64,000 nucleotides of DNA, from assembly GCA_020184695.1 (NCBI GenBank), contig JAANOX010000030.1:124001-188000 (forward strand). Reading direction: 5' to 3'. A program made the position numbers and the translations under genes. The notes under the pieces are model-generated. The model made no database searches. It was not told where the DNA came from and worked only from the letters and a program-made list of their open reading frames with translations. This stretch comes from Histomonas meleagridis 2922-C6/04-290x (taxonomy: Eukaryota > Protista > Parabasalia). Shown piece by piece: positions 41,683 through 52,167 of this stretch; positions within the stretch are counted from its first letter, which is position 1; every line of letters begins with the position of its first letter.

Positions 41683-44600
41683 ATGAAAAGCAAAAATCAT
41701 TTTTTTTCTCCATATGGTGAATTGAACAAATGGGGAAATTTAAGTCATCTAGGGCATATATTAAATGCATCTCTTTTACTGCATCCAGTAGTTTCATACA
41801 TTCAAATGATTTTTGTATTTTTTCAATTCTATTATGTTCATTCATCAACAGCAATATTCAACCTTGAAACCCAAGTAGGTGTATACAAGTCTGTTGTACT
41901 TGTCTTAAAAAACATACTTTTTTTAGATTTTATTCCTTATCAATATTTTGCGATTGTACTATTTATTTTTTCTATTGTTATTGTTGCTCTCTTTATACCA
42001 GCAGTTGTCAATCCATCTACAACATTAAATCTTCATTATTTATATTTTCTTGATTTAATGAATCAATTTTTCATCCCTATTTTACTAAATATTACAAGTC
42101 GTCTAACATATATTTTCTCTGGGAGTTATTATACGAATGGTCTTGATCTCCCATTTCTTATACTCAATGTAATTTCATATTTTATTTTTCTTGTTTTATA
42201 TCTAATATTTTTCTTTATACGAAATCGTTCGATATATATTCGAATGAACAACTTAACCACATGGAGTGAAGCCTTTAAAACCATCATACAACTTCATACT
42301 GTCGTTTTATTAGAAATTTGGGTTATAATACCGACAAGTCACACGAACATCATTATATATTGTTTTGCCATTTTATTTAATTTAAGTAATTTTTTTGTGT
42401 GTTATTTAATGTTACCATTTTGTTCTTATCAAACGAATGTAAACTTTAGTTCCACTGTACTTTTCTTTGTTTTTTTAGAGATACTTTTAATATTATGTTC
42501 ATTAACAGAACTCGATGAAGTTACAGCGTTTATGTGTTGCATCGTAATCTTTTATTTGATACATTTAACTATGTCTTATTTAGTAAAGAAGCGTTATGAT
42601 AAGATATTAATGAAAGACGACAAGGAGTTCCAATCGAATGAAGAAATTCCAGTTGAATTTTACCCCCAAAAAAACGAAGTCTTAAGATTGCGTTTATTAT
42701 ATACAGAGAATCAAAAGCAAAGTGTTTTATATGCAAAATATTTGATTAAGAACTCAGATAACTTTGATGCTATTGCAGAGTCTTTAAGGATTCTTTCGTT
42801 CGTTGATGAATTACCAATTGAAGATATATTAAATTTCCCTTTTTCGAAGATAAAATTTTATTATAAACAAATGATATGCGACTTATTTTATGAAGCATAT
42901 TCGAAATCGATTAAAGAAGAAGACATGAATTATTATTGGGATAAACTCGATGAGAAATGTAATAAAATTAAACAAAATATATCAAACATTATCGAAGCAA
43001 GTGAATTAGGTATTAAGTCATCAATTAAATATTACACTAAAAAATATACTAAAGGATGTAAAAGATTCGAATTAATGATACATTTTCTTTTACGAAATTA
43101 TCCTTATTCAAATAGAGTTAAATGTTATATTGAAGAATATCATACATTCTTAAGAGGATATCTTAGGAATGAAGAACATTGGAATGATTACAGTAAATTT
43201 AAAGAAAATTATATGTTCGGGACTTCAAGTTTAATCCCATTAAATATATCATTAAGTAATTTACCTGAAACAAATGAAACGCACCAAAACTATGACACTG
43301 TTGCATTAAGTAAAATCACATCAAAGGTTCTATCTGTCTCGAGCACTCTTTGCGTGTTGGCGTTTGTTTTATCGTTATTTTTATCTGTTTATGGCTTTTG
43401 GTTCCAGTCTAGAATTGATGTTTCATATAAAGAAAATGATTCATATCCTTTATCATATGTATGTAACAACATATTAGTTGCAACATATTATAATTTCAAA
43501 TCAATAAATCAGGCAATTATCGATTGTAACACAGATTTCGATGTCTTGGGAGATGGGTTTGTTGCAGAATCGGATTTAACATTTTCTGAGTTATATAAAA
43601 TATCAAATAGTTTAACACAACTAAATCATTCGTTATTCCGAATTAGAAATGGCACGGAAAAAGCGCTACAATTATATTATGCAGTTTATGTTGATATTTA
43701 TCAAAATGTCAATACAACATATGCAATTTTGATCAATGAAATTATGCAACAAATCGAATTTAGACCAAATGAATCATATTGCCAGCCTCGATATATCACA
43801 ATGATCTCAAATTCTGATCGAAATCTGAAGTCATCACGATATCCGACACAACTATTTTATTTATTAATTGAAGACTCAAAAGAATTAATCATTTCAACGC
43901 AAACGAGTAATGGCTTCTTTGAGATCTTAATGATTGCTATAGTTTTGTTGGTATTATTAGCAGTTTCATATTTCATATTTCACTTTGGACGTATCAAAGA
44001 AATGAACATATTCTTCGATCAGTTAATTGCATTAGATAACAATGACTTATCAGTGTTTGAAGATTTATTATATCAAAACAATAATTTAAATCTGGAAAAT
44101 AAGTCAGAAAATAACTCAATTGAGAAATTTGATGATGAAGAAATAAGTGAAAACTTAATTAACCAAAAAAACAAAAACAGAAAATTCGGATATTTATTAT
44201 TAGCAACAATTTTGTTCTTTTTATTTGACGTTGGGTTTTTATTAATCGAAGTTACTCAAATGCAAAGTTACATTAAAATGGAAAATGACGTTCAAAATTG
44301 TTATTGTTACTTACAATTATTAATTTCTGAAAACAATTTACATTTGGTCGATCACTTCTATTCAATTTTACAAACTTTATTCTACAACGATACGAATTAT
44401 TTACATGATAACGATAGCTCGTTTTTGAATAGCTCATTGTATTATTTCAATACAACAAAGTATTCAATTAGTAACCCATCGTACTTTAACGTTCCTTATG
44501 AATCAGAACAAATTATTAATAACATAATAAACTCTTCAATTTTATTTGAGAACTTTACGAACATAACGGTTAATGATATGATTAACAATTATAAATTAAT

Positions 44601-45909
44601 CGGTCATATGTTTCAATCATTAAGGGCCCAATATAATATAATTAATAATTGGTTTAATGAAAAACGTCGTAACATTAATTATTTTATTAATGTAATTGTT
44701 ATGATATTTTTTGGAATACTTTTCATTTTTTCAGTGGTTTACTTCATCGTCTTCTTAATTACATTAATTAATTATAAACATTTATTGGAATCATTAAAAG
44801 CTTTAATTACTCTATTACCTTCTCCACATTTTATATCATCCGCTAATATCGTCGATTCATTTTCATTCAGTAATAAGCGTAAAAAGAAAACTAACATTAA
44901 AACTATGGCACGTTATATAGTCCAACAGTCAGTGAATTCGTTGTTTATAATCGATTCTTCGAAGATAATTAAAAATGTCAATAAAAATGCAATCGAATTA
45001 TTTAGATATAAACGTAAAGATCTGATCCTCAAAGACATTTCGATCTTATTCGATCAAGAAGACCAAAGAACCATTGACTTCTTCGACCAATTGAACCTAA
45101 ATATCCAAAGTTCGCAAGAATTCAATTTGACCGCTTATCGATATGACCAAAGGTCTTTCCCCGTTGGCTGCACTATCATTCCCATCAACCAGTCCATCGA
45201 TAACTCGAAGATTTATATTGTTTTAATACGTGATCGAACTGAATTCATCGAAAATGAAGAAATTTACAAAAGTAAACAAGAGCAAGTGCAAACGCTACTG
45301 CTGAAAATTATGCCACGTGTCATGGTTACGAAGCTGCTGTCAAAGAATCAAGTATTGCATTCGAAGATCAGCCGGGCGACTTTTATGTTCTTCGCAATCG
45401 CCGACTTCTTGAAGTGGTGCTCGAATACGCAGATTGACATTGTCGACTTCTTGGATGAGATCGTTTCAATGTTCGATAAATTAATTGCGAAATATCAATC
45501 ATTGGTTAAAATCAAAATCATCAACGGTGTTTACATGGCAGCTGGCGGTCTCTTCGATGTTACGAAGAATCAAGAAACTGAAATGATCGATTTCGCAATT
45601 GATTGCATCAAATGGATCAAGTTACACAACAAGGAGTTGAACATAGAGATCAACTACAAGGTGGGGATCAACACGGACGGGCCAATCATCGCAGGCATAT
45701 TGGGCCACGACAAACCGTTTTTTGACGTGTACGGCGATGCGGTGAATGTCGCGTCGAGGCTGTGCACATCGGCGCCAATAAACTGCATCCAAATATCAGA
45801 GGACTTAAAGAACAATATCCCGCATGGAAAGTATAAGCTGAAAAGAAGAGAAAAGGTCTTCTTGAAAGGTAAAGGAGAATGCACAACGTACATAGTGTGC
45901 AAAAGATAA
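41683..45909 (+). CDS. Multi-TM PAS-domain class III adenylate/guanylate cyclase family protein
   Basis: First ATG at 41683. Many TM segments, a PAS-like region (IIKNVNKNAIELFRY...DLILKDISILF) and a C-terminal cyclase domain (KIKIINGVYMAAGG, VGINTDGPIIAG, FDVYGDAVNVASRL). Confidence 0.9.
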   Translation: MKSKNHFFSPYGELNKWGNLSHLGHILNASLLLHPVVSYIQMIFVFFQFYYVHSSTAIFNLETQVGVYKSVVLVLKNILFLDFIPYQYFAIVLFIFSIVIVALFIPAVVNPSTTLNLHYLYFLDLMNQFFIPILLNITSRLTYIFSGSYYTNGLDLPFLILNVISYFIFLVLYLIFFFIRNRSIYIRMNNLTTWSEAFKTIIQLHTVVLLEIWVIIPTSHTNIIIYCFAILFNLSNFFVCYLMLPFCSYQTNVNFSSTVLFFVFLEILLILCSLTELDEVTAFMCCIVIFYLIHLTMSYLVKKRYDKILMKDDKEFQSNEEIPVEFYPQKNEVLRLRLLYTENQKQSVLYAKYLIKNSDNFDAIAESLRILSFVDELPIEDILNFPFSKIKFYYKQMICDLFYEAYSKSIKEEDMNYYWDKLDEKCNKIKQNISNIIEASELGIKSSIKYYTKKYTKGCKRFELMIHFLLRNYPYSNRVKCYIEEYHTFLRGYLRNEEHWNDYSKFKENYMFGTSSLIPLNISLSNLPETNETHQNYDTVALSKITSKVLSVSSTLCVLAFVLSLFLSVYGFWFQSRIDVSYKENDSYPLSYVCNNILVATYYNFKSINQAIIDCNTDFDVLGDGFVAESDLTFSELYKISNSLTQLNHSLFRIRNGTEKALQLYYAVYVDIYQNVNTTYAILINEIMQQIEFRPNESYCQPRYITMISNSDRNLKSSRYPTQLFYLLIEDSKELIISTQTSNGFFEILMIAIVLLVLLAVSYFIFHFGRIKEMNIFFDQLIALDNNDLSVFEDLLYQNNNLNLENKSENNSIEKFDDEEISENLINQKNKNRKFGYLLLATILFFLFDVGFLLIEVTQMQSYIKMENDVQNCYCYLQLLISENNLHLVDHFYSILQTLFYNDTNYLHDNDSSFLNSSLYYFNTTKYSISNPSYFNVPYESEQIINNIINSSILFENFTNITVNDMINNYKLIGHMFQSLRAQYNIINNWFNEKRRNINYFINVIVMIFFGILFIFSVVYFIVFLITLINYKHLLESLKALITLLPSPHFISSANIVDSFSFSNKRKKKTNIKTMARYIVQQSVNSLFIIDSSKIIKNVNKNAIELFRYKRKDLILKDISILFDQEDQRTIDFFDQLNLNIQSSQEFNLTAYRYDQRSFPVGCTIIPINQSIDNSKIYIVLIRDRTEFIENEEIYKSKQEQVQTLLLKIMPRVMVTKLLSKNQVLHSKISRATFMFFAIADFLKWCSNTQIDIVDFLDEIVSMFDKLIAKYQSLVKIKIINGVYMAAGGLFDVTKNQETEMIDFAIDCIKWIKLHNKELNIEINYKVGINTDGPIIAGILGHDKPFFDVYGDAVNVASRLCTSAPINCIQISEDLKNNIPHGKYKLKRREKVFLKGKGECTTYIVCKR

Positions 45910-47018
45910 ATAAATTTATGTTTGGATTAAATGTTATGTTTTACAGTACGATTTTTGCAATATGTAATGGCTCAAAACTGAATTAAATTTCGCTTTGTTT
46001 TGTGAAAGTGGATACAGATTCAGATTAAAAAGTGCACTGATTTGAAAGCAAATTATCGTCTATGCGCCATAGAAGATATAATATATAATTGAAGGATATT
46101 GACAATTAATACCAATGGTAGTTGAAGCATTTGCTCTTTTCATATTAAAAGTCTCCAAATCAATTCAAATTTATAAATAAAAAGCCATGAATTACTTAAA
46201 ATTGGCCCATAAAAATACTGGTAATTATAATAATATAAAATTCTTTATATTAACAATAAGACATTATGGTGAAAATAAAAACAAAATCATTAAATATTTT
46301 GGTTTATGCTTAAATAAATTATGTTATAACTCATGCAAATAATGTTCAAGCTTCAATTTCAAAAATAAAATAATTTATCAACTATCATAAAAGATAATAT
46401 TTTGTATAATAATCAAACCAACTGAGCTTATGATAAAGATTAATATGTTTATAATTTAAAAATATTAATAATTCGTTGAGAAAAATGTATGTGAAATAAG
46501 ATTGGAGCCAGTTTTTTTGAATGGTTGTAAAATGACTTTTTGAGAATTATGCGATATTTCACACAATACAACGAATTTTTCCAGAAAGACGATGTTACGT
46601 CATTCAATTTTTCTATTGGCCGTTCCAATAATTATAAACATATTTATACTGTTATTGGGATGAAAAATCTGCACATTCACCATGTTTTCCATGTGTCAAT
46701 AATGTGTATAATGTCATATTAAGTGGATTAAGTTCATTTTTGTAAAAAATTATTAATGAATTCCATAGATTGCGTCACAGTATTGATTTTTAACTTAAAA
46801 CAGGATTTAAAATTCATTTTTCCATGAATTTTCTTTACAAACAAAACTAAGAAATTCCGAAATTATGAATTTTAGTGATTAAAAAAATCCGAAAATATTG
46901 TATCGGAAAAATAAAAAAATAGTATTTAAACAACTCTCAATATATCTTTAATATGGATTAACAAATTTGAAGTATTTGATCATAATTTATCGCATTATTA
47001 TTGTGGTTTACCGTGCAT

Positions 47019-47564
47019 TTAGTTGATTGTAGCAAGTGTTACATTGTCATATAAATCTGTGTTCTGATAAAGGTCAATACCTTGTTTCTTTTCGGAATTT
47101 TGGCGTTCCCATTGACGAAGCATAAGTTGCCACCTATTCCTAAGACTGTTATCTGATCTATTGGTGAAGAATTTTGCGATTTTATTCCACCTAGGGCCAT
47201 ATTCTGCAAATTTATCAACCAATAAATGATCTTCTTCAAAAGTCCATGGATCATTTCTTAGATTTGGATCAAGATAATTTTTATATCTTTCTCTACATTG
47301 TCTATGATTTCTTGTGCCCATCAAACTTGAAATCAATTTCCAAGATGAAGTTCCATGAATTTGTACGAGTTCTTTTAATTTTTGATCTTCTTCTGGTGTG
47401 AATTTACACTTTACAATTTTTCCTGATTTTGGTTTAATTTCAACATTTGGATTTACAGGAGCTTGTTGTTGCTGAGGTTGTGGCTGTTGATTTTGATCGC
47501 GACAAACATATAGTTGGGGATCAATGAGTTGAGGAGGAACCCTTAGTTGTAGGGATGTAAACAT
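47019..47564 (-). CDS. R2R3 Myb-like DNA-binding protein
   Basis: KFTPEEDQKL...WKLIS...RQCRERYKNYLDP and PWTFEED...GPRWNKIAKFF..RSDNSLRNRW. Confidence 0.92.
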   Translation of the reverse strand: MFTSLQLRVPPQLIDPQLYVCRDQNQQPQPQQQQAPVNPNVEIKPKSGKIVKCKFTPEEDQKLKELVQIHGTSSWKLISSLMGTRNHRQCRERYKNYLDPNLRNDPWTFEEDHLLVDKFAEYGPRWNKIAKFFTNRSDNSLRNRWQLMLRQWERQNSEKKQGIDLYQNTDLYDNVTLATIN

Positions 47565-48243
47565 GACAACAAGTAAAATTTGATTTTGCCGTTAGGAAGG
47601 TCATTGAATCACTTTTTCTGTGAAAACTTTTCACTGTTCTCCTTTGAAAAATTATCCAGCTGTCCGGAATTGGATACTTTACAAAAAGACGCTAGGAATA
47701 GGACCACATGTGATTGAATGGGCTGAAGACCAAAAATAAAATCAAAGGTGAAACGGTTCCGATCTGATCCGATTGAGAACGTTTATCGTTTTTTGAGGGT
47801 TGGTTTCGAAATCAACAAACATTGCAAATGTAAGGAATAACGAAAAAACAATTATATCCTAAAAGAATTCAAATCACTTGATAAACTTTTGATAAACCAT
47901 AAAATTCTTGAAACATTAAAAATTGAAAAAATTTAAATAGTTAGCTATCTCATAATAATAAAGTTTCACTATAGCAACCAAACTAGCTTAGCTTGTTAGA
48001 ATTATGCAACTTGATTTAAATACATATATGTTTGATATTTTTGATTTTTTTTTTTTTACATTGTCATGATTGTTGAAATTTCAAAGTATAAAATGTTTGG
48101 TGGACATAATTTCTTGCGCATTTATCTAAATGTTTGGAAATCAATGTTGAAATAGGTTGAAGTGGAAAGCTGCAACCAAAATGAGCAGCTAAACATTCTC
48201 AATTCATAATAAACGGTCTTCTCAGTCTTCTGGTTGAGTAATA

Positions 48244-48513
48244 ATGAATACGAACCAGCCAAAAGCAATTGTTATTACTCCAGCAATAGCTCATTTTGAA
48301 AAATTAATTTCTGAATATGAGGCATTACAAAAAGGAACACATCCAGAACTTGTTAAATTACAGAAGGAACAAAATGAACAAATTTCAGAAAAGTTTCTTA
48401 TTCTTGATAATTATGCAAGATACCAAAAGCACATTATTGAAGAACAATGTAATTGTGAAATTCAATCCGCTCAAGAAGAATTTGAAGATTTTTGTGCTTC
48501 TCATCCAGAATAA
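48244..48513 (+). CDS. Short Sds3/BRMS1-like coiled-coil protein
   Basis: YEALQKGTHPELVKL...EIQSAQEEF resembles the Sds3-like family pattern LxxGTHPEx...E...A.EEF. Only 89 aa. Confidence 0.4.
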   Translation: MNTNQPKAIVITPAIAHFEKLISEYEALQKGTHPELVKLQKEQNEQISEKFLILDNYARYQKHIIEEQCNCEIQSAQEEFEDFCASHPE

Positions 48514-48851
48514 TTATTTTTAGCTATTTCAAGTACTTGTGCAAATTCTCTCTTCAAAAAAATGAAGAAAAATCAATTTTATCTAAATAAATATTTAATT
48601 AAAATTATAAACAATTCTTAATGTATTTGATCTATACACTAAAAAAATTGAAATTTAAAGACTTGATATTAATACATTACTTGTAACAATAAAACGTAAT
48701 TTGTTTTAGAGTTAACTCATCCAAATTTGGATAACAAATTTTTTTCATTTTTGTTTAACTGGTCAAATGATCTATAATTAACGTTCTCTGTTTTTTAAAT
48801 GCAATTTGGGGCACCCCATATGATATTGAATTTTTTAAAAAATTTTCATCA

Positions 48852-49523
48852 ATGGATCCTTATTATCTCCTTCAAAAAGAAGTTATTACAGGTATTGATA
48901 ATTTACAAGAAATGTTAAATAATCGAGAAGATATGTTAAATGATTCACGTGGTGTTAATGTTGAAATTTTTAAAACGCTTGGAGTTAAAATGATGAATGA
49001 TATCAATACTATTCGAGGATTTTTGAAAGACATTGAAGAATCTATTCAACAGGTTCGGCAAAATCCAGAAATATTTCAACTTAGTGAGAACGAACTTTCA
49101 CTTCGAGATTCATTTGTTCAACAATCCACTATTAATCTTAATGATATTGAACAAAACATGAAAGCACAATCATCTAATCAGCGTATTCAATTTCATCGTC
49201 CTTCATTTCATGAAGATCCTTTGTTTCCACAAGAAACGAATGATCCACAAACGCAATTACAACTACATCAAGAAGAACGTATTGAAGCCATTGGTCATAG
49301 TGTTGGCTTACAAATGCAAATTGGGAAAGAAATCATTCAAGAAATTGATGATCAGCGCCAACTCATATTAGACTTAGAAGACGGCGTTGACAATGCGCAG
49401 ACCGCCATGCGCAAAGTTACACGACAAATCACAGAGATAATTGACAATGAAGGCCGCGGCCCAACGTTTGCAGTCTTTGGACTTTCCGTTGCACTTATTT
49501 TAATTTTATTTTTTGTTATATGA
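48852..49523 (+). CDS. Syntaxin-6/Tlg1-like Qc-SNARE
   Basis: N-terminal MDPYYLLQKEV (syntaxin-6 N domain), SNARE helix QEERIEAIGHSV...EIDDQRQLILDLEDGVD and a C-terminal TM anchor. Confidence 0.8.
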   Translation: MDPYYLLQKEVITGIDNLQEMLNNREDMLNDSRGVNVEIFKTLGVKMMNDINTIRGFLKDIEESIQQVRQNPEIFQLSENELSLRDSFVQQSTINLNDIEQNMKAQSSNQRIQFHRPSFHEDPLFPQETNDPQTQLQLHQEERIEAIGHSVGLQMQIGKEIIQEIDDQRQLILDLEDGVDNAQTAMRKVTRQITEIIDNEGRGPTFAVFGLSVALILILFFVI

Positions 49524-49554
49524 AAATAAAAATATTTTAAATTAATATTTATAT

Positions 49555-50141
49555 TTATGGAAATATTGTGCTCGGCGTGTTGCAAAGCTTTTTAACAAGT
49601 TGAACAAATTCTGTTGATGTGTCCCAATCTTTGTCTGTGGGAAGATTAAGCGTGAACTTAAATGTTGAGCCAATCGTTGGATTGCGCGGAACTTCGCTTT
49701 CGCTGGCTTTGTCTTTGATTTGTAATATTTTATGAAGAAGATGTTCACGAATCTCTGACGCGGTAAGTGCTGAAAATGTAAACGTAATACACCAACGTTC
49801 CCATATTTCGGTAGTATACGTATCTCGGAACCATCCTTTACGTGGAATAGAATATGATAATGTCAATATTAACCATGCTGTGCCTTCTTTTTTTCATAAC
49901 GACCTGAAAAAACTTCTTGTTGCATAGGTAAAAGTCGCGTTTTAATATATTCAGTAACTTGCTCTGTTTCACCACTAGCATAACAAATATCAACACCTGG
50001 AAGTAAGATTGACTTTGGTGAAACTTGTGTATCAATCGAACGATGAAATAAAATGGTATGAATAATAGCTTGCGCACAATCAAGAAATTGATCTGGACTA
50101 ATTTCTAAAGGATCAAGAATATGTTCTGGAATGTGAGTCAT
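49555..50141 (-). CDS. ATG101: ATG101-like HORMA protein, split by a one-base frameshift
   Basis: 5' part has CAQAIIHTILFHRS (ATG101 HT(I/V)LxHR motif) and 3' part has KGWF...EIWERWCITF. The two join as YEKK-EGTAWLILTLSYSIP if the A7 run (T 49888-49894 on +) gains one base. Confidence 0.65.
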
Positions 50142-50384
50142 AAAAAAGAAAAAATTTAAAAAAGATTTTTATTTAACGGTCGAAATAAAACATGAAAATA
50201 CGTTAATCGTTAAAATAAGAAAAAAATATTTGAAATTTAATAATATTGGATTAAATATCAACAAGACTATATACATGTATATCAAAAAATTCAATAATAA
50301 GATTGGTTGATGATTCATCTTTATTTGAGAGTACCCAAAGGGTAATTACATTGCACTTTTTCTTTCTCAAAATTACATTCTTGA

Positions 50385-51789
50385 ATGCTATGCGAGGAAC
50401 AGCAACGCAAAACTATAAATTCAATAAATGATAAATTGCAAACACTTATAACAATTAAACAGATTGTTTTTTTGGTTTAAACACAAGAAACGACATAGAG
50501 TCAGTGTGTTCAATAATCCAAAACATTGATATCATTTACCCATTATCTAATAATATACTTGTTAGTCAAATGATAAATACATTAATACTCATTAAAAAAA
50601 TTGACTGTAGTTTATACTTAAATTTTATTAAGGAAATTGAAACATTTGAAAAGAACAATAACATTAAATCTAAAATATTTAAAATATTCATCCAGCTTAT
50701 TCTTGATCAAAATTCGCAAGGAGCATATTATCTTCTTGAAAATATGATTGAGCATAATATTATTGAGTCTGAAATCGTACAAAACAAAGTGAATCCATAT
50801 TTCATGCATCACATGTCAGATGAAGAAATTAAAAAATCAGAAATTAGTGTATATTTGAAGCAATTTGCAGTAAAATATGAAGAACTATCAAAGAACGATT
50901 GGGAACTTCATAAGAAATTAATCAAAGAAGGAGTTAATCCGAATGAAATTGCAACAATAATTCGAAATGATGAAATAGAGAAACTTCAAGAAATATCATC
51001 GCAAAGTGATTTCAATTTTGATCAACACATAGCACTATCAATTTATGAAAGATGTGATTTTGTATATAATTGGAATGTTTCATTAATTGATTATGCAGCA
51101 TTTTTTTCAGCAGTAAAATGTTTTAAATTTTTACTTATGAATAACGCAAATGTAAAGAATACAGGAAAATATGCAGTTTCAGGTGGAAATGAAGAATCAT
51201 TCATTTATGTGAACAAAATCATTCATCATTTGAAGATGCATATGAAACAGCAATAAAATTCCATCGAAATGATATCTTTAAATATCTTTATGAAAACAAA
51301 TTAGAAGAAATTAATAATTTAGAAAAATTGGGCGAAATATGTATTTCATATCATAATTATGAAATTTTTTTGTACCAATTAGAAAGAGGAATGAAAATTA
51401 ATGAAAATATTATTAATAAATCAGCAAAAAATGGAAACTTATATCTCACCAGGTATTTTTTAGAATAAAACATAATACCAAAAAATATTATACTTTATTC
51501 ATCAGAATCAGGAAATATTGAACTTGTTGAATATATTTTAAAGCAAGAAGGAATTGATATTAATTCTAAAGATGTTTATTTGTTTCATTTGAAATTTATT
51601 TTTTTTGATTATATATTTCAAAATAATATTTGGAAATTATTTAAATTGCTTCATACTGCACTTATTTTAGCATCTTTATTTAATCAAAAGGAAGTAGTTA
51701 AAATACTTCAAGAATATATATATATATTCTTAAATGAAAACAAATTATACATAAAAACATCATTATTTCATGTATTTGATTTAAAATAA
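50385..51789 (+). pseudogene. Disrupted DUF3447-type ankyrin paralog carrying one 69-nt insert
   Basis: ATG 50385. Clear similarity to the 27668 gene (ELSKNDWELHKKLIKEGVNPNEIA, LIDYAAFFSAVKCFKFL). Frameshifts at T7 50467-50473 and near 51195, in-frame TAA at 51466, insert at 51580-51648. Confidence 0.75.
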
Positions 51790-52167
51790 TTTTTTACTTT
51801 AATAAATAAAATTTATTTCTTACATTGAGGTAATTTTATTTGGAAATTCAATAAAAGTTGATGAAGAAGCACTAAATTTGCATAAGTGAGATCTTACGGT
51901 ACTGATGAACAAGATAAATTTTATCACAAATACTATTACTCTTTGGATGTTTAAATCATTTTATTCTTGTATTGAAACGAAATTTGTTTAAATGCAAAAT
52001 AATAAACATGAAGTTATGTGCTGAAATTGTTGAGGGCAATATTAGGTGAAAAGAAATGAAAATTTTGGTTCATCATGAATATCATTTGAAAAAAATGTTT
52101 AAGTACTCAAATAATGAAATAAACCATAGAAAACACAAACGGATTCCACAAAAAATTTTTCTTCTTT

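Noticed and set aside
2872-45902. Numerous 60-160 aa antisense or alternate-frame ORFs nested in large genes (e.g. 2872-3261, 6390-6650, 23458-23934, 40422-40793, 45654-45902)
   Set aside because: Shadow ORFs arising from codon bias of the host genes; no recognisable domains.
48511-51468. TAA reassigned to a sense codon (in-frame TAA at 48511, 51466, also 8405)
   Set aside because: Many intact conserved genes here (MCM6, dynein, rubrerythrin, cyclase, Myb) end at TAA exactly where homologs end, and long ORFs have no internal TAA.
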